DNA from: Corallochytrium limacisporum Hawaii
Lineage: Eukaryota > Protista > Pluriformea
Direction: 5' to 3'
DNA length: 47,355 nucleotides
NCBI GenBank assembly: GCA_002811645.1
Contig: PDIP01000080.1
Location: 10,333 to 57,687 of the forward strand
Shown here: positions 20,842-33,806 of the stretch, in pieces
Numbering within the stretch: position 1 is the first letter of the stretch
Layout: each line of letters begins with the position of its first letter
Program-made: the position numbers and the translations under genes
The notes under the pieces: model-generated
What the model saw: only the letters and a program-made list of their open reading frames with translations
Database searches by the model: none
Told to the model about the DNA's origin: nothing

Positions 20842-21048
20842 TCAGTGGCCAACGTTCAGGAAGGTGTAGAATGTTTCCTTTTCGTCCTCAGTCATGCACT
20901 GACCGAGAGGGTAAGATGACAGGTAAGGGTCAACGACACAGATCAAGTCACCATCACATTCATCAGTGCAAGTCTGAACCCCAGGAGCACCAGAAGCACC
21001 AGCCAGCATGACGGTGCCGACGACGATGGCCATAAATGCGGTGTTCAT
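20842..21048 (-). CDS. Small secreted peptide with four cysteines
   Basis: ATG at 21048 gives 68 aa: signal-like MNTAFMAIVVGTVMLAGASG, then APGVQTCTDECDGDLICVVDPYLSSYPLGQCMTEDEKETFYTFLNVGH. A TATA-like element lies about 96 nt upstream. Confidence 0.65.
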   Translation of the reverse strand: MNTAFMAIVVGTVMLAGASGAPGVQTCTDECDGDLICVVDPYLSSYPLGQCMTEDEKETFYTFLNVGH

Positions 21049-21143
21049 GTAGTCTTCATGTTTCTTTCTTTTCAAAAATCAAAGTGCAAATCTTTGGTAA
21101 TGAACAAAAACAGCTGAATCTCAGAACACTCGCGATCAAGATT

Positions 21144-21153
21144 CTTAAATACC
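21144..21153 (-). promoter_or_regulatory. TATA-like element GGTATTTAAG
   Basis: The same 10-mer occurs at 34441-34450, and both copies sit 78-96 nt upstream of a minus-strand secreted-peptide ATG. Confidence 0.4.
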
Positions 21154-24100
21154 TTTCCGGATCCGATCGAGGGAAAATAGCCATGTTGTGATTCATATGG
21201 GCGGTATTTATAATAACGTAGCTGTCGACAGACGAATTAGTGCTCTCTGATAGGCAAGTTAGGGCTATCTGGCCACCGTGGAGTCGTTTCAGCAGTGCTG
21301 TTCAAGGACCGTGCGTGTTGACCGTGGTAGATACGGCGTCCCCTTGTGATCGTAATGGGTGAATAATGGGAGCGTGCATCCTATTAACATATACACCGTA
21401 AATGAGCTCCGTAGTTGTGCGATCCTGATACGGACGGGGCAAACCCAGTACTAACGCAACATTAGAGACATCATAGTATGTGCACTAGGCACATCACTTA
21501 TTGTGTACTATACAATTCGCCCTGCCGCCCGGCCCGATTCCCCCTCGGCCCAGGGGCGGGGATCCACCCCCGGGGGGGGGGGGGGAGGCAACACTGGGGA
21601 GTAGCAACTCACGCTGGTACTCAATTACCAACGGTGCCTACACTAAGTATTGGGTTCAATGGGCAGCCCCGTGACGCGTGAAGAAATGGGGTCAACGCAC
21701 AATATCTTAGTACCATCTGGAACTCTCTATCTATGTAAGTAAATCCTTGTGAACTTCAAAAGGGGACGATGCTTCACCATGGCCACGCAGGTAGCTACTG
21801 TACCCCAAATTTGCAATGCTGACAAAGGTGGTAATAAACAATACTCGTTCTAATCATGCCACGAAACTGGAGAACTATGTCAGTTTCCTGCTCTCCCGAA
21901 CCGCCATTTAATATTAAACAAACCCATGGAAAACGATGGAACGCTATTGGTGCTGGAAAAAACACGCAGTGCTTGACTACTGTAATTGGGCCCAACGGGG
22001 GGTTTCGCTTAGAACGAATGAGCGAGATTTTCATGGTTCACATGAATGGCGTTGTTGACCGAAACAATAGCACGCTAACTTTTTCGGGAACTCGCTGTGC
22101 CAATGAGGGATGTTTGATTCATAGCTTAGTAGTTTACATTGATGAATTATTCGATCATACGCAGCCGAACTCATGGACTTAGATAGCAATGGGGTATGGC
22201 GAAAAAGGCTGAATTCTGTTCAAAACATATGCAAAAGGAGCAACGGGGACCCCGGCAAGTACACAGCTCTCTGATCGGCCGTCGATGGATTCATGTTGAC
22301 GGCCCCGTTTCGTTTTTGCTCCTCGTGAAGCCGGTATTGTTGCAAAGCCTATATTACAAAGTGGTCGTACTTAAATATTAGGTAGGTGGCACATGGTTAT
22401 CAGAGCTCTGTCCAACCATACGCCAAAGATCAGCCAGCGGCTAGAAAGGATATTGCTTTCTGCCCCGGACGACCCCATACCGCACTCAAGCACATTGTGA
22501 GCGACCGCACGGGCCCCAAGCAGACCCTGAATATACTTCATCCATTCTATGTCTTTCCACCATTGGCACACAACGACATCCACAAGCATGAATTGACATA
22601 GTCAACACGGTAGTGAAGGCATCGATGCGAAAAATTACGGGAGAAACGGCAATAGAAACATATCTATGATGCCATAACAAAAGGCATTAATCGCATGCCC
22701 TGCCTGGGCCCGTTGAAATCAGAAGTAGCAAATGTGCACGCCTCATATCCAATTTACCCATCTGCTTAATGCAGCTTAGTAATATAAGTGTTTGACTTCT
22801 CGGAATTGCAATTCTCAGGTTCCTAGCTGTTCTTGAGCTCTCTCTCTCTCTCATCCGGGTAATCTGACCCATGCAATGCCCGGCACATGCAGTCATGTGG
22901 AGTGCTTGCTCACATTAACGGGACTATGTACAGTCCAAAGGAGGATGTTCACGGCCTGGAATTAGCTGGACCCTTAAGCTGCGTTGCACATCACGTCCCT
23001 ATCCCTAAACGTAGCCCACAGCCAGGCCTTGCTCGTGATTGTCAGCGAGGCTGCTCGACTGAAGTCTGTCCAATCCTTGTTGTACTGTCTTCCCGCGATT
23101 GCGAGAAGACATCCCACGAGCTAAATTTCCCCGCAGGTATTTGTAACCGGTGCATGCCAATTGATGTGATCACTACCGTGGGTCCCTGTACACGGAAGTC
23201 TCTCCGGACGTGTAGATCGCCTTACAAATCCCAGACGAGCTGCGGACGTTTAGGGCCCGGGATCATCCTCCCCAACCCACTCTCCTCCCATCAGCGGAAG
23301 CCGATGCTAAATCATCAGCGAGGAAAGGGGTGGGCAGCGATTTTGGCCCGTCCCCTCATTTCCCACCGAGATTTCAGCGGCTTTACGGGACCGAGAGCTC
23401 TCCTCGTGTGCCAAAAAGCCCTGCCCGGAACGACGGGTGGAGCGGCGCGGGCGTATCAACGGAGGCCAGAGGCGGGAAAAAATGCGATTTAAGCCAACCC
23501 AAAGCACCAGAGCGCGAGCTCCGCCTCACTCCAGGGGCAGGTTTCATCAGTTGTTGCCAAAGTTAGTGCACAGTGAACTCATTTAAAGAAGTGCTCATCT
23601 ATTTATGAGGAAAAAGGCAGGTGGGAGCTGCCTGTGTGTTTGCGTACGTGGTACTCGACCAGGGGTCAGTGGACGACTCCCACAATGGTGAATGGTTCTG
23701 TGGCCACTGGAACCTCTTCGATAATTACTATTGCCACCAACATATTCTTTGTTTAGTCCGCTACCAATAGATTGCATAACCGGATCTCATTTGTGTCCCA
23801 GAGCTTGTCGCTCAACCGGTTCAATATTGATTTCATTGGCGCCGCTGGGAGTCCGTGCGGTGTCGGACAGAGCAGCGCTGCCATTTCATTCAACCGCGCA
23901 AAGGACCCCGCCATCGGGGCACGTAGTATAGGGACTGGCTTTGGTTCAAGTTCTTGCGACACTCTCAGAGAAGATGTCACGGTCATGTATAGATACATCG
24001 AAGCAGATACAGGTCTGTGCCTGATGGTCTTCTGTGCCTATGAAAACATTGGAAGTGTTTCAGGACGGCCGCATGGGTACCATATCCAAGTCCTGGCCAG

Positions 24101-24662
24101 CGCCCGCGTTCTGGCGTGATGCGCTGCGTAGTATGGAATGAGAGGCCTTTATTTCATTATGGCACTATATTTCTTTGTGAAGATGCATTTCTCACTCACG
24201 ATGTTTAAAGGTACGAAGTGCTCTGTCTCCCCGGCAGCTGACCAACGCTGAAGTAACATGGGTGTGGTATGTATTTGATTCATGTCACCTCAGCATCACG
24301 ACCCGTTCTATGGTCGGTATGCTCAATGCAGGTTGGTGATTCCCGTGGGCATCATCTATTCATCCACCGCACCCGCATCAACCACATGGCAACTGCTGTC
24401 TGTCAAACACACCCCCAAGTGCCAGTCCCGTGCAAAAAGGGGGAGGCTCTGGTGTTCACCCCCCTTCCCTTCCGTGCTTTTGTTTTCGCTTCGTTCTGCC
24501 GGTTTTTTTTACTTTCCTGGCTCGAAATTATGGAGAATTTCGGGCAGGCGCAAGGGGGGAAATCCGAAAGGGAAAAAATTATGACGAAAAAAAGTTTCAG
24601 GGAAAAAGGAAAAAATCATTATCGGCTCATTACGAGACAAGAAACGAGGAAACCCCGCCGGG

Positions 24663-25341
24663 NNNNNNNNNNNNNNNNNNNNNNNNNNNNNNNNNNNNNN
24701 NNNNNNNNNNNNNNNNNNNNNNNNNNNNNNNNNNNNNNNNNNNNNNNNNNNNNNNNNNNNNNNNNNNNNNNNNNNNNNNNNNNNNNNNNNNNNNNNNNNN
24801 NNNNNNNNNNNNNNNNNNNNNNNNNNNNNNNNNNNNNNNNNNNNNNNNNNNNNNNNNNNNNNNNNNNNNNNNNNNNNNNNNNNNNNNNNNNNNNNNNNNN
24901 NNNNNNNNNNNNNNNNNNNNNNNNNNNNNNNNNNNNNNNNNNNNNNNNNNNNNNNNNNNNNNNNNNNNNNNNNNNNNNNNNNNNNNNNNNNNNNNNNNNN
25001 NNNNNNNNNNNNNNNNNNNNNNNNNNNNNNNNNNNNNNNNNNNNNNNNNNNNNNNNNNNNNNNNNNNNNNNNNNNNNNNNNNNNNNNNNNNNNNNNNNNN
25101 NNNNNNNNNNNNNNNNNNNNNNNNNNNNNNNNNNNNNNNNNNNNNNNNNNNNNNNNNNNNNNNNNNNNNNNNNNNNNNNNNNNNNNNNNNNNNNNNNNNN
25201 NNNNNNNNNNNNNNNNNNNNNNNNNNNNNNNNNNNNNNNNNNNNNNNNNNNNNNNNNNNNNNNNNNNNNNNNNNNNNNNNNNNNNNNNNNNNNNNNNNNN
25301 NNNNNNNNNNNNNNNNNNNNNNNNNNNNNNNNNNNNNNNNN
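24663..25341. other. Assembly gap
   Basis: Run of N flanked by G-rich sequence. Confidence 1.
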
Positions 25342-27221
25342 CGGGGGGGGGGGGGGAGGCTGTTGTATCCTTGGTTGGTAGATTTTTGTTTCTATTTCTG
25401 TCTGGTTTAACCGAAGGGTGACAACTGGAGCAGGTGTGGCCCCTACACCTGTCCAACCCCTCAGGGCTGGTGTCCATGGTCATCAGTCTCAGCGCCATGT
25501 ACCTTGGGCGCACCTCCATTCGTTATTAACTTCCTTTTGATTGCGCCTCCCTGTTCCGATACAGAAAACGGTTCCCAATACAATTGGCGGTGGTGAAAGG
25601 ATCGCCACTCATTCATTACATGTGTCTAATTTGATTTCCTGGTTGGCGCCAGGTATCCAGAGCGGGTCCATCAATCAACTGACGATCATCAGATGTGAAA
25701 GTTGGCAGCATCTACGGACCAAAGCATGCAGTTCTTGAAACAAGACGCTCCCAACATGATGCACATGCATAAAAAATTACCCGTACAGATGCAAGGTAGT
25801 CGAAGAATGTTCGTGCAAGGCGGTAGAGGACGCATCTCCAAGGGGCAATGAAGAAGTCACATCGCCCACAAGGCAAATCACAGCCGTTTTTTGACAGCCG
25901 CACACGTGAGATTCCATTCCCGGGCGGAACCTTGGTCCGCTTTTCAAGGGAGAAGTACACACAAGAGAGAACACATCTGAAACAGAATGATATGGTGCCT
26001 TCTTGACCCGGAGTTTCTGTGTTTGCGTGCGAAAGGCCAAGACTGAATGGTGGGACGAAGTTGGTGTGTAGGACACACGCACGGTGTGTCTATGGGCAAC
26101 CCATGGGCTACGTCGTTGTTCTCAGTTTTAAAGTACGTAGTGCGCCCATCTGACAAACCAAATCACCACCATCTCTCACACACCACCTCTCACTTAGTAC
26201 ACATACACACGGAGATCACCGGCTCCACAGGGCATTCTAATTCGTTAATCGCTGCACATCGCGGGTCTGGACAGTGTGCTCATCAGTCATTACACCCCGT
26301 CCAAAACCTCACCATCTAACCCTATCTTCAACGGCACTGAAACAGCCGTACATCGGTTCACATACGCACCGCGACCAAATGTTGGCCGGTGAACCCACTC
26401 CTGGGTGGAATTAGATGTCTTGGATACATCACATGGCATCGGAATACGTGGTCGATAGGTATGGCAGTGTCATTGCTTTTTGCATGGTGATGTGTTCAAC
26501 GTCCAGTACGTGCGAAACTCATGGCCAAAAGCCGTGAATCTTTTCCATGTTTAAACGAAACCAGAAAACCATGTTCCCTCGAAGTTCAACCATATCATTG
26601 TGGGCTCTTTCGTGTTCTTCGGACGGCCTGTGCAGTAGTAAAAGTATGTGATCAAATTCTCGATTTTATTGTTCCTTTCGAAACGATCCGCGTGGTCACG
26701 GTATGACGAGGAGCGGCTTCATTCCGGACAAATCCTCTGAGGTGTGTGAGTTTTTTATGGAAAATCACTGCGAAAAAAATTACCAAAGCACACACAAAGA
26801 AAACCACGGAACATCCTTCTCACATGAACGCTTGCCAAAAGGTCAAGACACGCAGACGCCTGAAGGTCGGAACTGTCCCCGGTGTGGGACAGAGGAAAAG
26901 AAGTTGCAGCGGAAGGGGAACTAGTAAGGAAATCAATGACGAAGGACGAGCCGGAGGGGGAGGGGAGGGGGGCGGACGTAAGCGCCTAAGGGTAACCAAC
27001 GGGCAATAAAGTACCACTACCTGAAACCGAAAATAAGAAGAAAAAAAAAAAAAGAGAAGAAAAAAAAAAACAAAAAAAAAAAGGAGCGAACGAAAGCAAG
27101 GAGAAAGGAAGAACATCAGCCGACCCCCCAGGCGATGCTGAGCAAAATACAGAGGAAAGAAGAAGAAGAAAAAATAGAACCCTGCGCAAGAGTCTTCGTT
27201 GGTGGTTTTGGCCCGCTGGGC

Positions 27222-27345
<124 letters not shown>

Positions 27346-28292
27346 CATGCGAAGCGGCGCTGTGCTGGTGCTGCCTGCCCTGTCTACTATGTCGCCATTG
27401 ATGATCAGCTGGCTGACCCTGATGCACATTGCTCGGCGGCGTTTCCTAATTACGGTCGGGCACAACAATGTTGTAGACGCACGGCTTAGTGACGAAGGTA
27501 AAGATACGATGAGGGTTCATGTTTGTGTTCCAGAGTGTTTCGGAAACAGGTGATGAAAAATGAATCACGGCAGGAGTGTCATCGCCAGCGTGTGCCCTTC
27601 ACTCTTAGTATACCAAAGCCTTGGCCGCAAACAGATCAGAAGACACTGAGTCAGCAAACAATGTGTGTAGCACCTGAGTTCGGTGTCTGCTGTGCACTGT
27701 GCGGTTGGGGACATGCGGTGGATTCCACGAAGCACCTCCAGCAATTATAGCTCCGTCATGGCCACAAAGGGATTGTCATGGTATCATTTAATCCATTTCC
27801 ACGCAAGAGACATCCCTACGCCATCGCTGGCACGGCCGGCAGCCGAGTTCTTACCATGCTAAAACGTTTCCTTTTGAGATAAGCGCCTTCTGAACGTGGC
27901 TCTCTGGGGTTTTGGCGCATGGCCACTTACCAGCAAATCCCGAAGCCGGAGGTGCGTCTTAGAGTTTGAGATCTCGAATTGAACGGAGTAGTACTCCCGT
28001 GTCTTCGGGGTTTGCGTAGGTTACAAGAATCTATTTTTGTCTCAGTTAATTTAATATGGCACTGCAACATTTTATCGTTCCAAAACTAAGAAAATCTTCA
28101 TTCTCGTCTATTCCGCAAAACCATACCTCTCTGTCGCTTGTGAACTCTGCCCCATTCTAGTTAAATATACTGAAATTCTTCTAAACGAGATCCGTACCGA
28201 AGAAAAAAATATATGGGCACCGAAAACTTTGCCAAGAACAAAGCCAAGTCATAGGAAAACGTGAGCCAAGACTTGAAAAACTCTCCGTTCCA

Positions 28293-28370
28293 GTCTCTCT
28301 CTCTCCGTCTGTCTGTCTGTCTCTCCGTCTGTCTCTCTGCCTCTGTGTTTCTCAGTCTCTCTGTCTTTCT
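28293..28370. repeat. Degenerate (CT)/(CTGT) microsatellite
   Basis: gtctctctctctccgtctgtctgtctgtctctccgtctgtctctctg... Confidence 0.7.
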
Positions 28371-31300
28371 ATATCTATCAAGAGAGACACAAGTAAGCAC
28401 GAAGGCTGTAATCTGCCACCGATGGTGACGAAAGTGTGTCGCTCTGAAACTGTTTCCTTCGGCAGGAGTGTGACACTGACCCCCTTCCCGGACCGGCTCC
28501 TGCTCAGTTCCACTTTGCTGTCCGCAAATGCAGTACATTGAATATAGCAGCCCGATCCGTGATTAGCGAGCTGCTTCAGAGTTCCCGTGAATCTGCCGGC
28601 CTTTTACCACGTCGCAGGCAATGCTTCGTTCCCTTATGGTCAAAAGGCCATGGCGGATCGCCGCCGCAACGCAGATCTGCAGGACGCCGAGCGATGGCAG
28701 ACCAGGACAGTTGCAAGGTCCCACCACAGAAGTAAAGAAAATGACAGCCCCACGGAGGTGTCTTGATCCGTCGCTGGTGCTCGTCGAATGGAAGGCAAGG
28801 GAAGAAGAGGAGGGGGGAGGTGCCACTTTGTGACAGAAATATCTTTATTTTTCCAGTGGTCCATCTCTTTCCTTCCTTCTTTGCTGCTACGCTCGTCTGG
28901 CTCTCGCCATCGCGTGTTTGGTCCCTAAGCAAAATCTTGCGAGCCATGATTTTGCGTGCTTTTTCGGCGGGTGCGCCCGCGGTTTTCATTTTTTGGTAGT
29001 TTTTTGTTTTTGTTTATCGCTCGGGTACCCGGGCCCCCCGGCGGGGGGGGGGGGGGGAGTGGGTGTGTCCGCAGACGTGGAAAACAAAACGCGATAAGTC
29101 CAGATTCCCAAAACACAGAGGGGAGAGCGAGAAAAAATGAATGAAAGCACAGTTAATACTTGGAAACGGTAATTAAGGGAAAGACTTTTTGTGTGTGTGA
29201 GAATAATTTTCTTTTCCTTCTCGTTTTTTTTTACATTATTCTCTCGTTTGTACCTTCCCTTTGTAATTCGTTGAGTACCAAAGGACGGCTCAGGCTTTTC
29301 ACAGGCGGCGGCCGCGGCCGCATGTGGTTCCTTGTCCAAAACGTGATAAATGACAACAACGAAACGAAAAGAGAAAGAATTACCGAAGAAACACGACCCT
29401 TTTAATTCCATACCACGTAATCTCCCCGGATGCACTTCTTTGTACGGTGGTGGTACTACCATTATCATCACCAACGTCGGCTCCGCGGGTGGCACAGAGA
29501 AGATCAGGAACAAACCAAAAGATATCCCATCCCACTTCCCCCTTTTACCTTGGTAGATAGTCATATATGTCTTGTAGTTTCTTCTTTTTTTTTTGTTCGC
29601 CAACTCATAGACCTACAACCAGACAGCCGAATCGATAGTAATGGATAATTCTACGCACAATAATATGCCTTGGCACAAGATGAGACACCATTACGCAGAT
29701 AGTGATCATGGGCTGAGTGCCCCACACCACCCACAAAGACCATCTTCGCATTGTGTGGCGGGATGATAGGTCCGTACATTATGTATACGTGTACCAACAA
29801 CGAAGACAGTACCACTGCCCCTCGCTATCGATACGATAGATACGAAGTCAACAATATCATCACACGGGAAACGTCAGAGATGGAGACGCCATCCGTACAC
29901 ACACGCGGGCCCGTCCACATCAACACTTGCCCGATACTGCTAGTACTTCGAATTTTTGGCATCCGGAAATGGGAGATAACATACAGACGTGCTCATCTCT
30001 GTCTTTGCTACGTCGCAAACCATCGCCTGCTCCCTTGTGTATTGCTCGCAAGCCACTGCGAGCGAATGCTTTTGGATTTTCCCCTGTGTTATTGCGCACA
30101 GTGACAGGAGGAGCAGCCATCCCTCAAGACGATTCAGTCAGTGTGCGATGGCGGGGATTTCTTCACCTTTACTCTCACCATGGCCAGTCACCAGCTCATG
30201 GGGCAGAGATAACGGCGCCCACTTGGATGAGATGTGATAGACAAGAAGAAGATTTTGTACGCCAGACTGCGCGCTGCATGCTGTCCATTAGCGCCCATCT
30301 TAATGAATTACGGCTAATGTGCTTCACACAAATATGAAAAATATGGTCGGGCCCAAAGGACGCATCAATGGCTCCATAGGGTTCACACTGCTACCCCACG
30401 CGAAACAAGCCTGTGTTTATGCCGTTGCTTGCGCACGTAGCGCTGACAGAACCAGGGACAGGGGACCCACCCAAACACGGATCAAACGCCTCTGAGCGGG
30501 CAGGCCGGTGCCATGAGTTTCCTCCGCCCACACAGAAGTTTCAGAAGAACCGCCAGGAGTTGGGAAGCAACAGCAAAGAAATGCCATACAGTCAGTACTG
30601 ATTTGGTTTGCTGCGGAAGGGTAAGGGTGGAAGGGAGAGATGGAGGTGACTGGGCCCAGAGCGAGAGAGTACCTTTGGTCTGTCTGCCAGCACAGCCAAC
30701 ACAGACTGCGACTACAGACTGAGAGCGAGACAGAGGGACACAAACACAGACACGGTTAGAGACAGGCCCTTCGACGAGAAATTGAACGGCACAAGATCAA
30801 AAAAAGAAACCAGTTTGATGCTGTGACCCAAATGCGGGGCCCCCATAGCCCTGCCCCTCGTTCTCTCTCCCCCCCTGGCGACCCGTCCTCTCCCCAAGAG
30901 CGAGTTGCCTCCTCCCGTCCCCCCAAAGACAGGGGGTAAGGGGGGGTCAGATGGTACCCAACAACTGGCTCTGCCGAAGAACTTTCAATAGAAATTCATT
31001 GCGAAAATTGACAATTTGTCACGGTTTTTTTTTGGGTAGTGGGCGGGTTTGCTGTTGTGATCTGCTTGGCTCGCCCGCGCACCGCCCCGTTCCCCTCCCC
31101 GCGGTGCGGCCCGCGGCGGAGAGGGGCGGCGGGGGGGAAAGGGGGGAAAGGGGGAAAGGGGCCGAACTCGGTTCAAGGAGCACGCAGGGCGGTTCACCTT
31201 TCCACCGACCGGGCGAGGAGAGAGCGCTACATCTACGTTGGGACGGTTTGGTTGTTGCAGGTCGTTGCTGTATAGTCAATGACTAGACAATTTTGAGTTT

Positions 31301-31546
31301 CTGCACTCGAATTTTAAACACGTAAGTGTCTGCTGGATGAAATGCTTCACAATGGCGCGATGATGAAATGCAGGCAGCGCAGCTATTCGTGCACTTTGAA
31401 AACTGTTCATGGACTGTGTGAATTCAAGTGGCTTTTCATGTGAGAGAGAAAGCAAAGAGGACTCGCGTGTATTACCAGACCTTCCAGTGTTTGATCCAGG
31501 AGTGTAAACAAGTTTATATCATTGTGACGTTCGGACGCGAGACGGG

Positions 31547-31553
31547 TATATAA
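31547..31553 (+). promoter_or_regulatory. Candidate TATA box for the ferric reductase gene
   Basis: TATATAA about 130 nt upstream of the ATG at 31682. Confidence 0.4.
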
Positions 31554-31681
31554 GATACTTCCCATCCCATAGACGTTGGTATTTCATGATCCAACAAGCA
31601 TTGTCACAAGAAGACCCTTTGATATCAATTTTAATGGATCCTTTAGCTATCATTCCCTAACTGATTTGGATCATAGTCACC

Positions 31682-33661
31682 ATGACAAAGATTCCTAACG
31701 ATGAAGAGTCAGGAATCCAAGGGATGGCTTCTCCCCGGAAACAGTCGGCGTTAATGTTCAGAGAACCTCAGTCCCGCTCTGCCCTGAACAAACAGTCCAC
31801 AACTAGTAAGATCAGTGGGAGACACTCAAGCGTGCACTACGCAGGATGTAGATCACATCAAACCCACCGGCGGCCCTCAGTGTTTAGCATGCAGTCCATA
31901 AAGGAAGCCCTTGATCGAAGCAGCAGATGGGTTCTCACGCGGCAGCGCATTCAATTCTGGTTCCACAATCAAACAAGACTCCGCCAGAACTGGTTTTCCG
32001 TCTCTTGGATGCCTGAAATCAACACACTTGAAGCACTTGCCCTCCTGGTCATCAGTGCTGTATTCTACGCATTCAGCACTGCCTTCTATTGGGGCTACAC
32101 ATCTGCGGCTTTCATGGCCATGCCCCTGCTGCTGATTCCGCGGCACAATGCCATCACCACTATCACCGGATGCAGCTATGAGCGCCTAATTAAGTACCAC
32201 AGGTGGTTCGGCTACCTAACCTTAGTTCCATTTGTTTTGCACACTTGGTGGTATACCTACGTGAGCCTCTTCTGTGACTTCAACAACGACAACCCAGACT
32301 TGCGCCCCTGCGTTCTCTGGCGCTGGAACTTGCGCCAGACGTACGGTTTAGTGGCCGTGTTGTGTTTTTTAGTTATGTTGGTCTTGTCCTTGCCGATTAT
32401 CCGGCGCAAGGCCTTTGACTTCTTTTATGTGACTCACTTTCTGTGGGTGGCCATGGTGGTAATGGCTTGCATGCACCAGCCAGGTACCCTAGGATTTGTT
32501 GCTATTCCCCTCGTACTATACTTTGTGGATAAAACCCTTCGGCACCGTGCCACTACCTCGGTACGGATTGTGGACGTGAAGCACTACGAAGACGATGTGT
32601 GCAAAATTATCTTTGAAAAGCCATTTGCGTACTTGCCTGGACAGTTCGCGTACTTCCACTTTGGGCGCCGGGTCGGTATGAAGTGCTGGCACCCGCTCAG
32701 TTTCTCATCCACACCCCTGGACAACGAGACCGCGTCCATCACGGTTCAGGGCATTGGTAAGTGGACGACCAAGCTGGGTCGTAAGTTTGCCAAGGGCGAG
32801 ATCCGTTCAGCCAAGAGCAAGGTGAGTACCCAATCAACTTTAAATGACATTACCTGTCCAGCACCAGTGGCTGGTGGCCTGTCTTCTTCACTGGACTCCG
32901 AGGGTGTAATCAGCATTGAGGCTGAGTCCTACCGGTCCAGCAGTACTCCTTGCGAGAGGAAGATGGAGGACATCCTCAAGGGCCCCAAACTATACATCTC
33001 TGGACCCTTTGGGTTCCCTTCTGTGCCGTCTCTAGAGCACTACGACGGTCTCCTCCTCATTGGTGGCGGCATCGGTGTGACACCTATGATGAGCCACTAT
33101 TTGACCATGAATCCCTCCAAGGCATCCCAGCTTCAGCGCGTCCTGCGCTGCCGGGAGCATCGCCGTGGCCAGCTGGTGCCCTTGCCGGCGGAAGTGCGAG
33201 ACCCACGTGAGGGTCGGGCACTGAAAGGGGTACGTCTACTTTGGGCCGTCCCCACTGAGAACCAAATTGACTGGTTTTCTGATGAACTTGCGACCATGGC
33301 AAGTGCAACCGATGCCACCGGCCACGACACGAAGGTTTGGGACTCTACCGTCAAAGTCTTTGTCACGCGCCAGAACGAATTGCGGACAGACCGGCATGCT
33401 AAAGCTTGCCTCCAGAAAGACGGCTACACGGCCGAGATCGGACGCCCTGACCTTGCTCAGGAGTTCCAGGATTTCGCTATTGAAGTCACTGACGCTACCC
33501 AGGTCAGGTTCATTGAGGAAGACTGTGAGTGCAAACAGCTCTACATCGCCGTATTTGTGTGCGGTCCAACGGGGCTGATGACCGAAGTCGCCGCGCTAGT
33601 AAACTCACAGTCGACAGAGCACGTTCAGTTCCATCTTCATGCCGAGACCTTTGAGATGTAA
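31682..33661 (+). CDS. Ferric reductase-like transmembrane oxidoreductase (FRE/FRO; NOX superfamily)
   Basis: 659 aa. Heme-ligand His pairs KYHRWFG...VLHTWW and VTHFLW...CMH. FAD-binding PGQFAY, WHPLSFSS, GKWT. NADPH-binding GPFG, LIGGGIGVTP, FVCGP and terminal HAETFEM. Confidence 0.93.
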   Translation: MTKIPNDEESGIQGMASPRKQSALMFREPQSRSALNKQSTTSKISGRHSSVHYAGCRSHQTHRRPSVFSMQSIKEALDRSSRWVLTRQRIQFWFHNQTRLRQNWFSVSWMPEINTLEALALLVISAVFYAFSTAFYWGYTSAAFMAMPLLLIPRHNAITTITGCSYERLIKYHRWFGYLTLVPFVLHTWWYTYVSLFCDFNNDNPDLRPCVLWRWNLRQTYGLVAVLCFLVMLVLSLPIIRRKAFDFFYVTHFLWVAMVVMACMHQPGTLGFVAIPLVLYFVDKTLRHRATTSVRIVDVKHYEDDVCKIIFEKPFAYLPGQFAYFHFGRRVGMKCWHPLSFSSTPLDNETASITVQGIGKWTTKLGRKFAKGEIRSAKSKVSTQSTLNDITCPAPVAGGLSSSLDSEGVISIEAESYRSSSTPCERKMEDILKGPKLYISGPFGFPSVPSLEHYDGLLLIGGGIGVTPMMSHYLTMNPSKASQLQRVLRCREHRRGQLVPLPAEVRDPREGRALKGVRLLWAVPTENQIDWFSDELATMASATDATGHDTKVWDSTVKVFVTRQNELRTDRHAKACLQKDGYTAEIGRPDLAQEFQDFAIEVTDATQVRFIEEDCECKQLYIAVFVCGPTGLMTEVAALVNSQSTEHVQFHLHAETFEM

Positions 33662-33806
33662 CAGGAAATGCCAATTACATATGATTTATTGTAGACTACC
33701 ATCTATGCCTCTCTAAAATACTACAGTTGTTCCTTGGAACATTTCTTCGTAGTTGATTTCATTTCACCGTCCCTCGCAAGTCCTATACAGTGAGTGTCTT
33801 GACTAT

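Noticed and set aside
22391-22403. tggttatcagagc resembling an LTR-retrotransposon tRNA-Met primer-binding site
   Set aside because: Imperfect match, and no LTR pair or gag/pol ORF was seen.
24269-25519. Long ORFs spanning the N-gap (likewise 39763-40869 and 43737-44497)
   Set aside because: Their length comes from Ns and low-complexity flanks; no protein-like content.
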